A stretch of 64,000 nucleotides of DNA from Candidatus Muiribacterium halophilum (GTDB taxonomy: Bacteria; Muiribacteriota; Muiribacteriia; Muiribacteriales; Muiribacteriaceae), in the NCBI GenBank assembly GCA_023228995.1, contig JALOAD010000002.1:86245-150244 (forward strand). The letters run 5' to 3'. A model generated the notes under the pieces. The model was not told the DNA's origin, made no database searches, and saw only the letters and a program-made list of their open reading frames with translations. Positions 29,063 through 38,516 of this stretch are shown here, one piece after another. The translations under genes were made by a program, and so were the position numbers. How positions within the stretch are numbered: the first letter of the stretch is position 1; each line of letters starts with the position of its first letter.

Positions 29063-30367
29063 TTATTTAAAATAAAAATATCTAAAGTAAATATAAAAAC
29101 TTGAAAAAACAATGCTTATAAATGTTATGAGAACACTTTCTTTTAAAAACTTCTTAAAAGTTATCATACCAGGTCGATATTTATCAGCAATACTACAAAC
29201 AACCAGGTTTGCAGCCGAAGCGAACATTGTACCATTAGCTCCAAGACAAGCTCCTAATGCAAGAGCCCACCAAAAAGGCATTGTTTCCGCTTTTGTAAGA
29301 GCAAGATTTTGAGGACCAGTTATCACTTGTATTATAGGTATCATGGTTATAACGAAAGGAACTGAGCTAATTACGCATACTAGAATCGAAGATGACCATA
29401 AAATTATCATAACTAATACAAGAGGATTTGTGGTTATTTCTAGCATATAATTAGCAGCTTGTTGAATCAAACCAGAACTTTCCATTCCACCTATAATTAT
29501 AAAAAGTCCTGTAAAGAAAAATATTGTATTCCATTCAATGCTTTCGAAAAACTCGCTAGGTTCTTTAATAGATATAATCATTAGAATGGATGCTCCTAAA
29601 AGAGCTACAGTTGCAGGCATCAGACTAAGTGCATCATGGAATATGAAAAGTGTTAAAGTAAGTGTAATTACTAAAATGCTTTTTATTAGTAAGCTTTTAT
29701 CTTTTATTGAAGTGTTTTCGTTAAGTGAAGCTAATTTGTTTTCTATTCCAGGTATTTTTTTAAAAGTTTTTCTATATTTAAACCATAATAAGCCAATCAT
29801 CACAAACATTAAAACAAGTGAAACTGGTCCTAAATTAAATAAAAAAGCATTAAATGATATTGCATTTTTAGACCCGATAAGTATGTTTGGTGGATCTCCT
29901 ATAAGAGTTGCTGTACCACCAATATTTGATGCAAATATTTCAGCCATAAGAAATGGGTAAATATTAATTTTCATTATATCTGTTACAAGAAAAGTTATTG
30001 GAGCGATAAGTAATATTGTTGTAACATTATCAAGCAGTGCTGATAAAATACCGGTTAAAAGTGAAAAATAAATAAATACAAGTACAGGTTTTCCTTTTGA
30101 AATTTTTACCATTTTTATCGCAAGATATTCAAATAGTCCAGATTTTCTGGATATTTCAACAATAATCATCATACCTATGAGCATACCTAATGTATTGAAA
30201 TCAACATATGATATTGCTTCGTTTTGATCTAATATTCTCAATAATATAATTAAAGAAGCTCCAAATAAAGCAATTATAGTTCTATGAAATTTTTCGGAAA
30301 CAATAAGTGCTAAACTTCCAAAAAAAATTATCATTGTATATATTTGTAAAGATGTAAATCCAAACAT
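29063..30367 (-). CDS. ArsB/NhaD-superfamily anion/cation permease
   Basis: About 12 TM segments with duplicated 'GGTATLIGDPPNILIG' / 'GANGTMFASAANLVV' motifs, typical of the ArsB/NhaD/YbiR permease family. Confidence 0.65.
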   Translation of the reverse strand: MFGFTSLQIYTMIIFFGSLALIVSEKFHRTIIALFGASLIILLRILDQNEAISYVDFNTLGMLIGMMIIVEISRKSGLFEYLAIKMVKISKGKPVLVFIYFSLLTGILSALLDNVTTILLIAPITFLVTDIMKINIYPFLMAEIFASNIGGTATLIGDPPNILIGSKNAISFNAFLFNLGPVSLVLMFVMIGLLWFKYRKTFKKIPGIENKLASLNENTSIKDKSLLIKSILVITLTLTLFIFHDALSLMPATVALLGASILMIISIKEPSEFFESIEWNTIFFFTGLFIIIGGMESSGLIQQAANYMLEITTNPLVLVMIILWSSSILVCVISSVPFVITMIPIIQVITGPQNLALTKAETMPFWWALALGACLGANGTMFASAANLVVCSIADKYRPGMITFKKFLKESVLITFISIVFSSFYIYFRYFYFK

Positions 30368-30478
30368 CGCTACTCCGTTTAAAATTATTAGTTTTATTGT
30401 TTACAAATGATTTATATAAAACTTATAAAGGTTTCGCCTAAATGTCAAAAAAATATTTTTATGATATAATCTTTTCTT

Positions 30479-32077
30479 ATGAAAAGAATTTTAATCCTAT
30501 TTTTTTTATTTGTAAACATTTTATTTTGTTTTTCTGATGAAAATTTTCTTTTAAAAAAAATTCCTTCTAACTATAATGGATATAGGACTTTTGATTACTT
30601 TTTAATTGAAAAGAAGTTATCAGATTCAGGCGATTATTCAAGAAATCATAATATTACAAGATATAAAGCTGCTTTTTATTTGTATGAAATATATAGAAAT
30701 GGTTTGAGGAAAAATATTGATTTTTTACCGGTTCACCTTGAAGCTTATGAATTTATGATAAATGATTTTAATTATGAACTTGTTTTTCTTTACGGAGATA
30801 AGATAATCTCTATTATAAAAGAAGAAATTGAAATTTATAGAAAAGAGAAAAAAATTATAAAACATAAGTATATTAATGAAAACAATGATAATATGGTTTT
30901 AAAAACTATGCTCATTAATACGGATTATCAAAATAATATAGTAACTTCTGGTAAATTTGGAATTGAATATAAATATACTTTTGGGACTGATGTTGATGTT
31001 TTTAGTTCAAATAATAAAGACAAAGATTATAGTTCATATTTGAATACTGTAATAAATACAAACTTTAATAGTTTCAAAACATATAATTCTTTTTTGTGGA
31101 ATGATGATTATACAGAACAAAATTCTAAAATAAAGTTAAAAATATTTAACAAATTCAGGGATTTTTCTTTTTTTAATAATATTAACAGGAAAAACTCTAT
31201 TTTATCAAATTCAGGTTATTATTTTGATAGTATAAAGAGTTTTAATATTATGGATTTAAACATAGATATAAAAGGAAGCACAAAAAAAAATAATAGTGAT
31301 GACATTAATTATTTTTATACAGAATGGAGAAGCAAAAGTACAAAAATTGATATAAATTCAGACATAAGTCGAGGAGTTTCAGGTTTTGCTTATACTTATT
31401 TGAAAAAAGATTATCAAAAAAATTTCTCTTATAATGAGAACATTACTGAATATAAAGGATATTTAAAAAAAGAAATATCAGGTCAGTATATTGATGGTAT
31501 GATATTAAATTTTTATGTGAAAAATAAAGAGTATGAAAATAATATTGATAAAAGAAAGGATGGTAAAATTGAATCTTGGAGATTAAAAATCGACCTTCCT
31601 TATAATATATCTTATTATACAATTGATTTAGGTGTGACCAAAAGAGATGTAACTTCTGAGGATAAAGATCATGTTGATGCAGAATTATCTGAGTTTAGAT
31701 TTTCAAGAATATGGTTTGATAGATTAAGGTCTGATTTTATATTAGCATATAATTACAAGGATTATAATGCTTTAGATAATGTATTAGATGGTTTTAATGT
31801 AGATAGTTATGATTATATGAAAAAATATTGGGAAATAAGTTTTGTACATTATTTTAAATTTTTAAGTTCTATTGATATAAGTCTTTTTGTTGGTTCAGAA
31901 GATAATCCAGTTAATAATGCTCAATTTCCATGTTTTGATTTTGTTTATAGAAGTGTTGATATTCATATTAATGATATTGTACTTGAATATTCTACTCTTC
32001 AAAAAAGTCACAATTTACATAAAAATCTCAACTCAAAACTTTTTAACATTGGAGTGTTTTATGAATTTTACTGGTAA
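30479..32077 (+). CDS. Hypothetical outer-membrane beta-barrel-like protein (532 aa)
   Basis: Signal peptide, N/Y/D-rich alternating pattern, and a C-terminal 'GVFYEFYW' aromatic terminus typical of OMPs. Confidence 0.45.
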   Translation: MKRILILFFLFVNILFCFSDENFLLKKIPSNYNGYRTFDYFLIEKKLSDSGDYSRNHNITRYKAAFYLYEIYRNGLRKNIDFLPVHLEAYEFMINDFNYELVFLYGDKIISIIKEEIEIYRKEKKIIKHKYINENNDNMVLKTMLINTDYQNNIVTSGKFGIEYKYTFGTDVDVFSSNNKDKDYSSYLNTVINTNFNSFKTYNSFLWNDDYTEQNSKIKLKIFNKFRDFSFFNNINRKNSILSNSGYYFDSIKSFNIMDLNIDIKGSTKKNNSDDINYFYTEWRSKSTKIDINSDISRGVSGFAYTYLKKDYQKNFSYNENITEYKGYLKKEISGQYIDGMILNFYVKNKEYENNIDKRKDGKIESWRLKIDLPYNISYYTIDLGVTKRDVTSEDKDHVDAELSEFRFSRIWFDRLRSDFILAYNYKDYNALDNVLDGFNVDSYDYMKKYWEISFVHYFKFLSSIDISLFVGSEDNPVNNAQFPCFDFVYRSVDIHINDIVLEYSTLQKSHNLHKNLNSKLFNIGVFYEFYW

Positions 32078-32555
32078 AATTATAATATTTTTAATAATTT
32101 TTTGTAATTTAACTTGTTTATCTGAAGATATATGGTCTAAAAAAGAAAGACTTGAAGAAATTTACAGTTTTTATTCTGAACATAAAGAAAAAAAATACTC
32201 TGAAATAAAAAAACTTAGATTTGTTATAACAAGATTAAAAAGAAATCTTGCTCTTAATCAGAATATTATAGCAGATAATTATATAGATAAAGCAGAGTTT
32301 TTAATTATGAGAATTGAATTTAAAGAATTATCTCTTGATAGAGAAATAAAAAAAATTAAAAATGATATTGATAATTTTGCTTATTCCCTATCTATAAATA
32401 TTGAAAAACTAAAAGTTAAACTCAAATATAGTGATTTTGTAAAAAAATATAATAACATTAGTGAATTATTTGAAAACAGGCTTTTTGTTAAATGTTCTAA
32501 ATTACTTAGTGAAAGCAAAAAAGAACTTGATAATATCATATTAAACAAAGAATAA
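32061..32555 (+). CDS. Coiled-coil lipoprotein (164 aa)
   Basis: The track ORF 31887-32555 overlaps the upstream gene. The plausible start is ATG 32061 (MNFTGKIIIFLIIFCNLTCLS, signal plus lipobox), giving a 17-bp overlap with the upstream stop. The rest is charged and coiled-coil-like. Confidence 0.45.
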   Translation: MNFTGKIIIFLIIFCNLTCLSEDIWSKKERLEEIYSFYSEHKEKKYSEIKKLRFVITRLKRNLALNQNIIADNYIDKAEFLIMRIEFKELSLDREIKKIKNDIDNFAYSLSINIEKLKVKLKYSDFVKKYNNISELFENRLFVKCSKLLSESKKELDNIILNKE

Positions 32556-32710
32556 ATTTTTTAGATACCGGTAAAAAAAACTTTTTAAAACTTATTTGAT
32601 TTTAAAAAAAAATCAATTATAATCTATATATAATAAAAAAATCTAAAGGCGCATATCAGGTCATTCTATATTAGTTACATTATTTATAATTAAAAAAATA
32701 ATATGGAAGG

Positions 32711-33802
32711 GTGGGTAAATTGGAAAAGATTTTTTATGTGGATTCTAAATGTGAAGGTTATCAAAAAATCAAAAAAGAAATGGGAGAAAATGCTCTTATT
32801 CTTAGTTTTGAAGAAATTCTAAAAAATGGTGATGAAAATAACAAGTCAGATTGTTTTAGCAGTAAAAAGTATAAAGTTACTGCTTATATTGATGATGGAA
32901 AAGAAAACCTAAAAGAAGTTGAAAACAATTCATTTTCAATTAATGAAGACGGTTTAAAGATACAATCACTAGAAAAACAAGTAAATGATTTAAAAAAATA
33001 TGTTGATTTACTTGCAAAAAATCAAATAAACAATGAATTTGAAGTCAATGAAACTAATCCGATTGATAACATAATTGAAAAATTTTATGCTAAATTTCTT
33101 GATAATGATATTAAACCTGATATCGCACTTCTTATTAAACAAAGATTAGATATTGCTAATCCTGATAATTCCACAAAGCTTGCATTATCAGAACTGTTTG
33201 AATTAAGTGAATTATCATGTGATGATAAAATACATTTTTTTATTGGTAATCCTGGTTCGGGTAAAACAACCTCAATTATAAAATTAAGTACAACATTTTC
33301 TATTGGGCTTAAGAAAAAAATATTAATAATAACAACAGATTGTTACAAAGAATCAGGTTATGATCAGATTTTTGAACAATGTGATTTTTTAGGAATTCAT
33401 TCGATGAAAGCTCAAAATAGTAAAGAATTAATAAATCTTATATCTAAGAATTTCAATAATTATGATCTTATTTTTATTGATACACCCGGAGTTGATAAAG
33501 ATTATAAAGCTTTGAACAATATTTTTCCTGAAAATATGTCATATAAAACAACACTTGTTTTAAATGCAAATTCAAGATATAGGGAACAAGTTAAAAAAAT
33601 ATCTTTTTTTAATGAGATTGGATTTGATTTTATTGTTTTTACAAAACTAGATGAAACTTTTTCTTATGGTAATATAATTAATATAATGCATGATAATTCT
33701 CAAAAAAAACTTATTTGTCTTACAAATGGTCAGGATACTGCAAAAAACATTATAATTAATAAAGAAAAATGTGTTGAACTTTTAATGCAAGGGATTGCAT
33801 AA
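32711..33802 (+). CDS. flhF: FlhF-like SRP-family GTPase
   Basis: N-terminal B-domain pattern (KIKKEMGENALILSFEEI), then G1 'IGNPGSGKTTSI', G3 'IDTPGVD' and 'FTKLDETFSYGNIINIM' (TKLDE), which is diagnostic of FlhF/SRP GTPases. No flagellar neighbours. Confidence 0.65.
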   Translation: MGKLEKIFYVDSKCEGYQKIKKEMGENALILSFEEILKNGDENNKSDCFSSKKYKVTAYIDDGKENLKEVENNSFSINEDGLKIQSLEKQVNDLKKYVDLLAKNQINNEFEVNETNPIDNIIEKFYAKFLDNDIKPDIALLIKQRLDIANPDNSTKLALSELFELSELSCDDKIHFFIGNPGSGKTTSIIKLSTTFSIGLKKKILIITTDCYKESGYDQIFEQCDFLGIHSMKAQNSKELINLISKNFNNYDLIFIDTPGVDKDYKALNNIFPENMSYKTTLVLNANSRYREQVKKISFFNEIGFDFIVFTKLDETFSYGNIINIMHDNSQKKLICLTNGQDTAKNIIINKEKCVELLMQGIA

Positions 33803-33811
33803 TAATTAAAA

Positions 33812-33839
33812 AGAGAGCTTTTAAAGCTCTCTTTTTTTC
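33812..33839. terminator. Bidirectional rho-independent terminator
   Basis: AGAGAGCTT-TTA-AAGCTCTCT stem followed by T7 on the plus strand and an A-run on the other side. It lies between convergent genes at 33802 (+) and 33863 (-). Confidence 0.8.
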
Positions 33840-33862
33840 TTACTTAAATCAAATATTAAATA

Positions 33863-35503
33863 TTAAAAATTATGTGTTAATGTAATTCTTAAAGTTTTTT
33901 GATCAATCGGGTCAAAACCATCACCAAAAATTGCATTTGCAGCAGTTACAGGTTTAGCAAGACTCTCCTGCCCTGTTCCATTGATTTTGACATCTTTAGG
34001 TGCTGTAGCCATTTCAGAATTAACCTGAGTGTATTCAACTGAAAAAACACTGCTTTTTATAGCTTTATCAAATTTCAATCCAAATACTAGTCTATCATCA
34101 GCAATTTGTCCTGCAGCTAAAGTAGATTCATCTTCAATCATTTCTATATTAAAAGCAAGAGTAGCTGAATTTGAAAGATAATTTTCAAATCTCAAAAAAT
34201 ATGAGCTAAAGCCAGCTGATCTAAAATCAGATATAGCTTCTGCTCCGCTTATTCCACCATAACCTAATTCATCATAATAAGGTAAAGTTAAAGTTGGATC
34301 TACATTTAATCTTTTAAAAAAGTCATCATGATGTGTATAAATAAATCTTAAATCAGTTGATTGATTAAGAGTTCTTGTTATACCAAACTGATATGCCATT
34401 TGCATTCCTATATTACCACTTCCGCCATTAGTTATAGTGTCTTTTATACTATCAGTATAATCAGAAAAAACAAGTTCATAATAGTATTTCATACCATTCA
34501 TCTGAGATTTATATGAAGCTCCAAGATAATTTATTGTAGAACATATATCTGCATTTCCTGAAATAATAGAACTTGCATTAGACCATCTAGCTGAAGTTGA
34601 GTTTATCCAATATGTATTTAAAACATCTTCATCTATATATTTTAAATAGTTAACAGCATAAGTATTTACAAAATTGTTTGTTGCATTACTTTCTTTAGTT
34701 GCCATAAGTATTAAATCACTAGATTCATCAAGTATTTTTGAGTATTTAATACCATTATCTCGATTTGAAAATACAAGAGCATTTGCAATATTAAAATACT
34801 GTCTTCCAATAGAAAAATTATACATATTATATTCATAATTAAAATATGTAGTTACAATAGCTTGACTACCAACAGTATTAAAATCTCCACCACCTGCATT
34901 TTCATGCTCATGATTAAATTCAGTTCTGTTAATATAAGTTAGACCATTTCCAAAATCTGCATTCCAGTTTATACCAAAAACATGATCGTTTGAAACCTGA
35001 TCATTAGCAGCAACTGATCCATTATCATTTGAATAATCAAATACTGTTTTTTCATTTCTAAGTCTAAAATCAAAGCTAAAATTATGATTAACTTTTTCAA
35101 CTTCAATTTTATCGACTTTTTCACGCTTAGATATTTCAATTTGTTGTTTTAAAACATCAATTGTTTTTCTAAGTTTTGCAAGTCTATATCCAAAAAGATT
35201 CATTTCATTAGCAAATTCTATAGAAAGTCTATTTATTCTTTCAAAATCTTCATAAGATATATTTTCAATTTTGATTTTCCCAGATTGTATGTTTTCAAAC
35301 ATTCTTGCAATAACTGTTGCAAAGTAATATCTGCTTGCATATTCATCACCGCTAAACTGTTTACCTTTTATAACACCTGAATCATAAAGTTTATTAAGTG
35401 ATTCATAAGCCCAATGCCCTTGTGGAACATCAATAAATGAAAATGCATTTGTAAAAACCATCATTATTACTAAAATTGATAATACTATTGTTGTTTTTTT
35501 CAT
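33863..35503 (-). CDS. SLH-domain outer-membrane beta-barrel protein (Slp/Mep45/SomA-like porin anchor)
   Basis: Signal peptide, then an SLH motif 'FIDVPQGHWAYESLNKLYDSGVIKG', a coiled-coil linker, a ~380-aa beta-rich region and a terminal '...ITLTHNF'. Confidence 0.7.
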   Translation of the reverse strand: MKKTTIVLSILVIMMVFTNAFSFIDVPQGHWAYESLNKLYDSGVIKGKQFSGDEYASRYYFATVIARMFENIQSGKIKIENISYEDFERINRLSIEFANEMNLFGYRLAKLRKTIDVLKQQIEISKREKVDKIEVEKVNHNFSFDFRLRNEKTVFDYSNDNGSVAANDQVSNDHVFGINWNADFGNGLTYINRTEFNHEHENAGGGDFNTVGSQAIVTTYFNYEYNMYNFSIGRQYFNIANALVFSNRDNGIKYSKILDESSDLILMATKESNATNNFVNTYAVNYLKYIDEDVLNTYWINSTSARWSNASSIISGNADICSTINYLGASYKSQMNGMKYYYELVFSDYTDSIKDTITNGGSGNIGMQMAYQFGITRTLNQSTDLRFIYTHHDDFFKRLNVDPTLTLPYYDELGYGGISGAEAISDFRSAGFSSYFLRFENYLSNSATLAFNIEMIEDESTLAAGQIADDRLVFGLKFDKAIKSSVFSVEYTQVNSEMATAPKDVKINGTGQESLAKPVTAANAIFGDGFDPIDQKTLRITLTHNF

Positions 35504-35529
35504 GTTTTTAAAAATCTCCCTAGTTATAC

Positions 35530-37683
35530 TTAATAATTAAAATAAATTTTTCCATAAAATATATATTTTTTTCCGTTTGTATTTTGAGAATTAACTTCAT
35601 CTTTATTAACTACATGAATAACATACCAACCTACAGTTTGATTTTGAACTTCAGTAGGTATAAGACTAGTAACATCGACTTCTGCTAAATTATTAAAGCT
35701 CAATTTTAAGTGATGTTGCATTGAATCATAAGCTTCAAATGATGCAGTCATTTTATCGTCAATGCTATAAATATTATTTGTATCGAATTCAAATTTGTTG
35801 TTTATAAGCAAATTAAAAAAAGCACTATCATTTTTTGCATTATCAAATCCAATAGCATAATCAGTAATATTAGTATTATCAAGAACATTTAAACCATTAG
35901 AAGTTGATGTATCTATTGGAATAGTTAATACCCAAGTTCCATGAGTATTAACACCACATACAGCATCAAATCTTGTAAATCCATTTACTTTACTTGTTGA
36001 AAAATCAACTAAAGAAACATTACCTTTAGTAAAATTACCATTTCCACCAGAAATACCTGTATTAGTAGCACTACCCATGCTATATTTACTTGTTGAGATT
36101 TCTCCATCATAGTTTAAAGAAGTAATATCTGATTCTTTATTTACATAAAGACCTTTTTCAAAAAATAAATGGAATTTTTCATTATAAATATTATCGCCAT
36201 CTGTTGTGATTATTTCTAATATATAGCTTCCATAACCACTATTTGAAATTTCTGCATCAATATCTCCAGGAACTATTGGTATTTCTATACTTAATTCTCC
36301 AGTAGTCTTATTAACAAAAGCGGTTGGAAAAATACCGCCTGATATATCTGTTTTTGATAAATCATCTGCTTTGTATAATTTGTAATCAGTACCTGGAATC
36401 ATAGAGCTTGTAGAATAAGAAATTGGAGAAAGCATACCTAATGAATCATCATAAACTATTATAAGGTTTTGATTAGTATTATCGGAATTTAAACTTAAAT
36501 CAATAGTTGCACCTTGTATAGTATTTATTGGACTTGCATTAATTCTAGGGTCTTGCATTTCTCCTGCTAGTCCACCGTGATATTTTATAAAATCAAAATC
36601 AAATACACTATTTATAGCAAAAGACAAAAGATTAAGACTAGGTGATTGGTTAGTATTTGAATCTTGTATAAAAATCGTGAAATTATTCCAATCTGTTGCT
36701 CCTGTAGCTAATCCATTAATTTTTTCAATTATCTGAAAACCAATATTAAAACCAGATTTTCCAGTAGCATCTGTTGGAATGCTTAGAGTGCTAATATTAG
36801 TTATAGTGAAAGTAGCTTGTATATTTGTTCCTGATGGAACTGGTGAAGTAGTAACATTAGATAAAGTTAATAGTCCATTATCAGGTGTTGTTGTCCCTGT
36901 TACAAAATTACATGTTGCAATATATTCAAGATCTGACGGTTCACCATCGTATGTAAAATTATAAGTAACAGAAAACGAACTACTGCCTTCATCAACAGTT
37001 ATCTCTGAAGGATTCATTCTATCAAGAGATAAACTAACAGCAATTTGTGTTGCTGTTGTATAATTACCATTAATAAGAGTTATACTATTTGGTGATGTGG
37101 AATTGTTTATAATCCAGTCATATTCGGTAATTGTAACAGAAGATGATTGATTTTCCTGAATACCTATATTTTTCATTGCATAAGTTGATACAAAATCACC
37201 ATTTTGTATTCCGAACAATATAAGAACATAATCTCCAACACTAATATTTTCAATTTTTGCCCCATCTTTGTTTGTACTATGAGAAGTTACATCAAATGAG
37301 TAAAAGTACAATTTATCCTCATATTCTGTTCCTCTTATACTGTTTACAAAATCATCATTAGATACACTTGCTCTATTTGGAGCCATATAATAATGAGAGT
37401 CTGGAATGTTGATGTTATCAACAAATGATGAATCAAATATTGTATTTGCAAAATCTTTTTCAATTAAAAAAACTTCAATAGTTGCTAGTCCTAAATATGC
37501 CGGAGGAGCTTTTCTAACTGAATTTAATGGATTGTTTGGCCATTCTACCTGTATTGCAAGAGAAGAACCTGAATTAATAATATTTGGTTGAGTATCAACT
37601 ATTTTGTTACCACAACCATTCATAAACATTATAAGAGTTGTTATAATAAATGTTATAAATAATAAAACACTTAATTTTTTCAT
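35530..37683 (-). CDS. Large S/T/N-rich lipoprotein (717 aa)
   Basis: Signal plus lipobox 'FMNGCGN'. The rest is a beta-rich, low-complexity surface-protein-like sequence. Confidence 0.5.
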   Translation of the reverse strand: MKKLSVLLFITFIITTLIMFMNGCGNKIVDTQPNIINSGSSLAIQVEWPNNPLNSVRKAPPAYLGLATIEVFLIEKDFANTIFDSSFVDNINIPDSHYYMAPNRASVSNDDFVNSIRGTEYEDKLYFYSFDVTSHSTNKDGAKIENISVGDYVLILFGIQNGDFVSTYAMKNIGIQENQSSSVTITEYDWIINNSTSPNSITLINGNYTTATQIAVSLSLDRMNPSEITVDEGSSSFSVTYNFTYDGEPSDLEYIATCNFVTGTTTPDNGLLTLSNVTTSPVPSGTNIQATFTITNISTLSIPTDATGKSGFNIGFQIIEKINGLATGATDWNNFTIFIQDSNTNQSPSLNLLSFAINSVFDFDFIKYHGGLAGEMQDPRINASPINTIQGATIDLSLNSDNTNQNLIIVYDDSLGMLSPISYSTSSMIPGTDYKLYKADDLSKTDISGGIFPTAFVNKTTGELSIEIPIVPGDIDAEISNSGYGSYILEIITTDGDNIYNEKFHLFFEKGLYVNKESDITSLNYDGEISTSKYSMGSATNTGISGGNGNFTKGNVSLVDFSTSKVNGFTRFDAVCGVNTHGTWVLTIPIDTSTSNGLNVLDNTNITDYAIGFDNAKNDSAFFNLLINNKFEFDTNNIYSIDDKMTASFEAYDSMQHHLKLSFNNLAEVDVTSLIPTEVQNQTVGWYVIHVVNKDEVNSQNTNGKKYIFYGKIYFNY

Positions 37684-37692
37684 TTTCCCTCC

Positions 37693-38442
37693 TTACCAGG
37701 ATATATGAACGCTTCCAGTTTTTTTAGTAGTTCCTACGCTTGGTTTTTCTGTAGGTCTTACATTATTCAATTGTTCTTCACTAATATTTCCAAGTAATTC
37801 TTCAACAGCATTTTCTATTTTTTCAGATTCTTTTCTTAGAAATTCTTTTATTACTTTGCTTTCTTCTTTTATTATATTAATTGATTTAATTAAAGTTTCT
37901 TCAGCTTTAGTAACTTCAAGTTTTTGACCTTTATCTATTAATTTAGAAATTTTCTTATCATTTGAACCATAATGTACTCTTCCTGCAAGAACAGTAAGTA
38001 TTTCTCTACCGTTTTTCATAACTTCAAGAGTATATCTTGTTCCTCTTATACCGCATATTGCTTTAGGAGTTTGCACATTAAATTCACCATCTATTTTTTT
38101 ACCATTAACATATATATAACCAAACATTAATTTTAAAGACTGAATTATTCCACCTTGATTCTCAACAACTTCAGGAATTTCTATCATAGAATCAGGTTTA
38201 ATTTTTATTATTTTTTTACCTGAAATATTAATTTCAGCTTTCGATCTTCTACCGGTTTTTATGCTATCTCCGATATTTAATTTGTCATTAAGTTTTAGAC
38301 TATTCCATTGTTCTGTTCCAGAAGGTTTGTGTTTAACAATCCCATAAACATAAGTTACTACAGCATTTTCGACTTTTACTTCAGCTTTTACTGTTAAAAA
38401 AAGAAAGACTGCAAAAATAATGAAAATAAATTGTTTTTTCAT
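37693..38442 (-). CDS. FecR-domain secreted protein
   Basis: Signal peptide followed by a FecR-like pattern 'GIVKHKPSGTEQWNSLKLNDKLNIGDSIKTGRRSKAEINISG...IKIKPDSMIEIPE'. The C-terminus is coiled-coil. Confidence 0.5.
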   Translation of the reverse strand: MKKQFIFIIFAVFLFLTVKAEVKVENAVVTYVYGIVKHKPSGTEQWNSLKLNDKLNIGDSIKTGRRSKAEINISGKKIIKIKPDSMIEIPEVVENQGGIIQSLKLMFGYIYVNGKKIDGEFNVQTPKAICGIRGTRYTLEVMKNGREILTVLAGRVHYGSNDKKISKLIDKGQKLEVTKAEETLIKSINIIKEESKVIKEFLRKESEKIENAVEELLGNISEEQLNNVRPTEKPSVGTTKKTGSVHISW

Positions 38443-38516
38443 AAAGAAACCCCTTATAATTTTTTATAATTAATAATATCAAATAAAAAGTATTAATACA
38501 AAAAAAATAAGTGATT

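Noticed and set aside
29112-29960. Plus-strand ORFs 29112-29312 and 29538-29960 inside the ArsB/NhaD permease gene, and 43089-43911 ORFs inside the DUF318 permease gene
   Set aside because: They are antisense or alternative-frame ORFs within well-supported multi-TM transporter genes, with no independent evidence.
31887-32060. N-terminal 58 aa of track ORF 31887-32555, overlapping the C-terminus of the 30479-32077 gene
   Set aside because: This part lies in a different frame inside the upstream gene. A signal-peptide/lipobox start (MNFTGKIIIFLIIFCNLTC) at 32061 gives a coherent lipoprotein, so the upstream extension is treated as non-coding in that frame.
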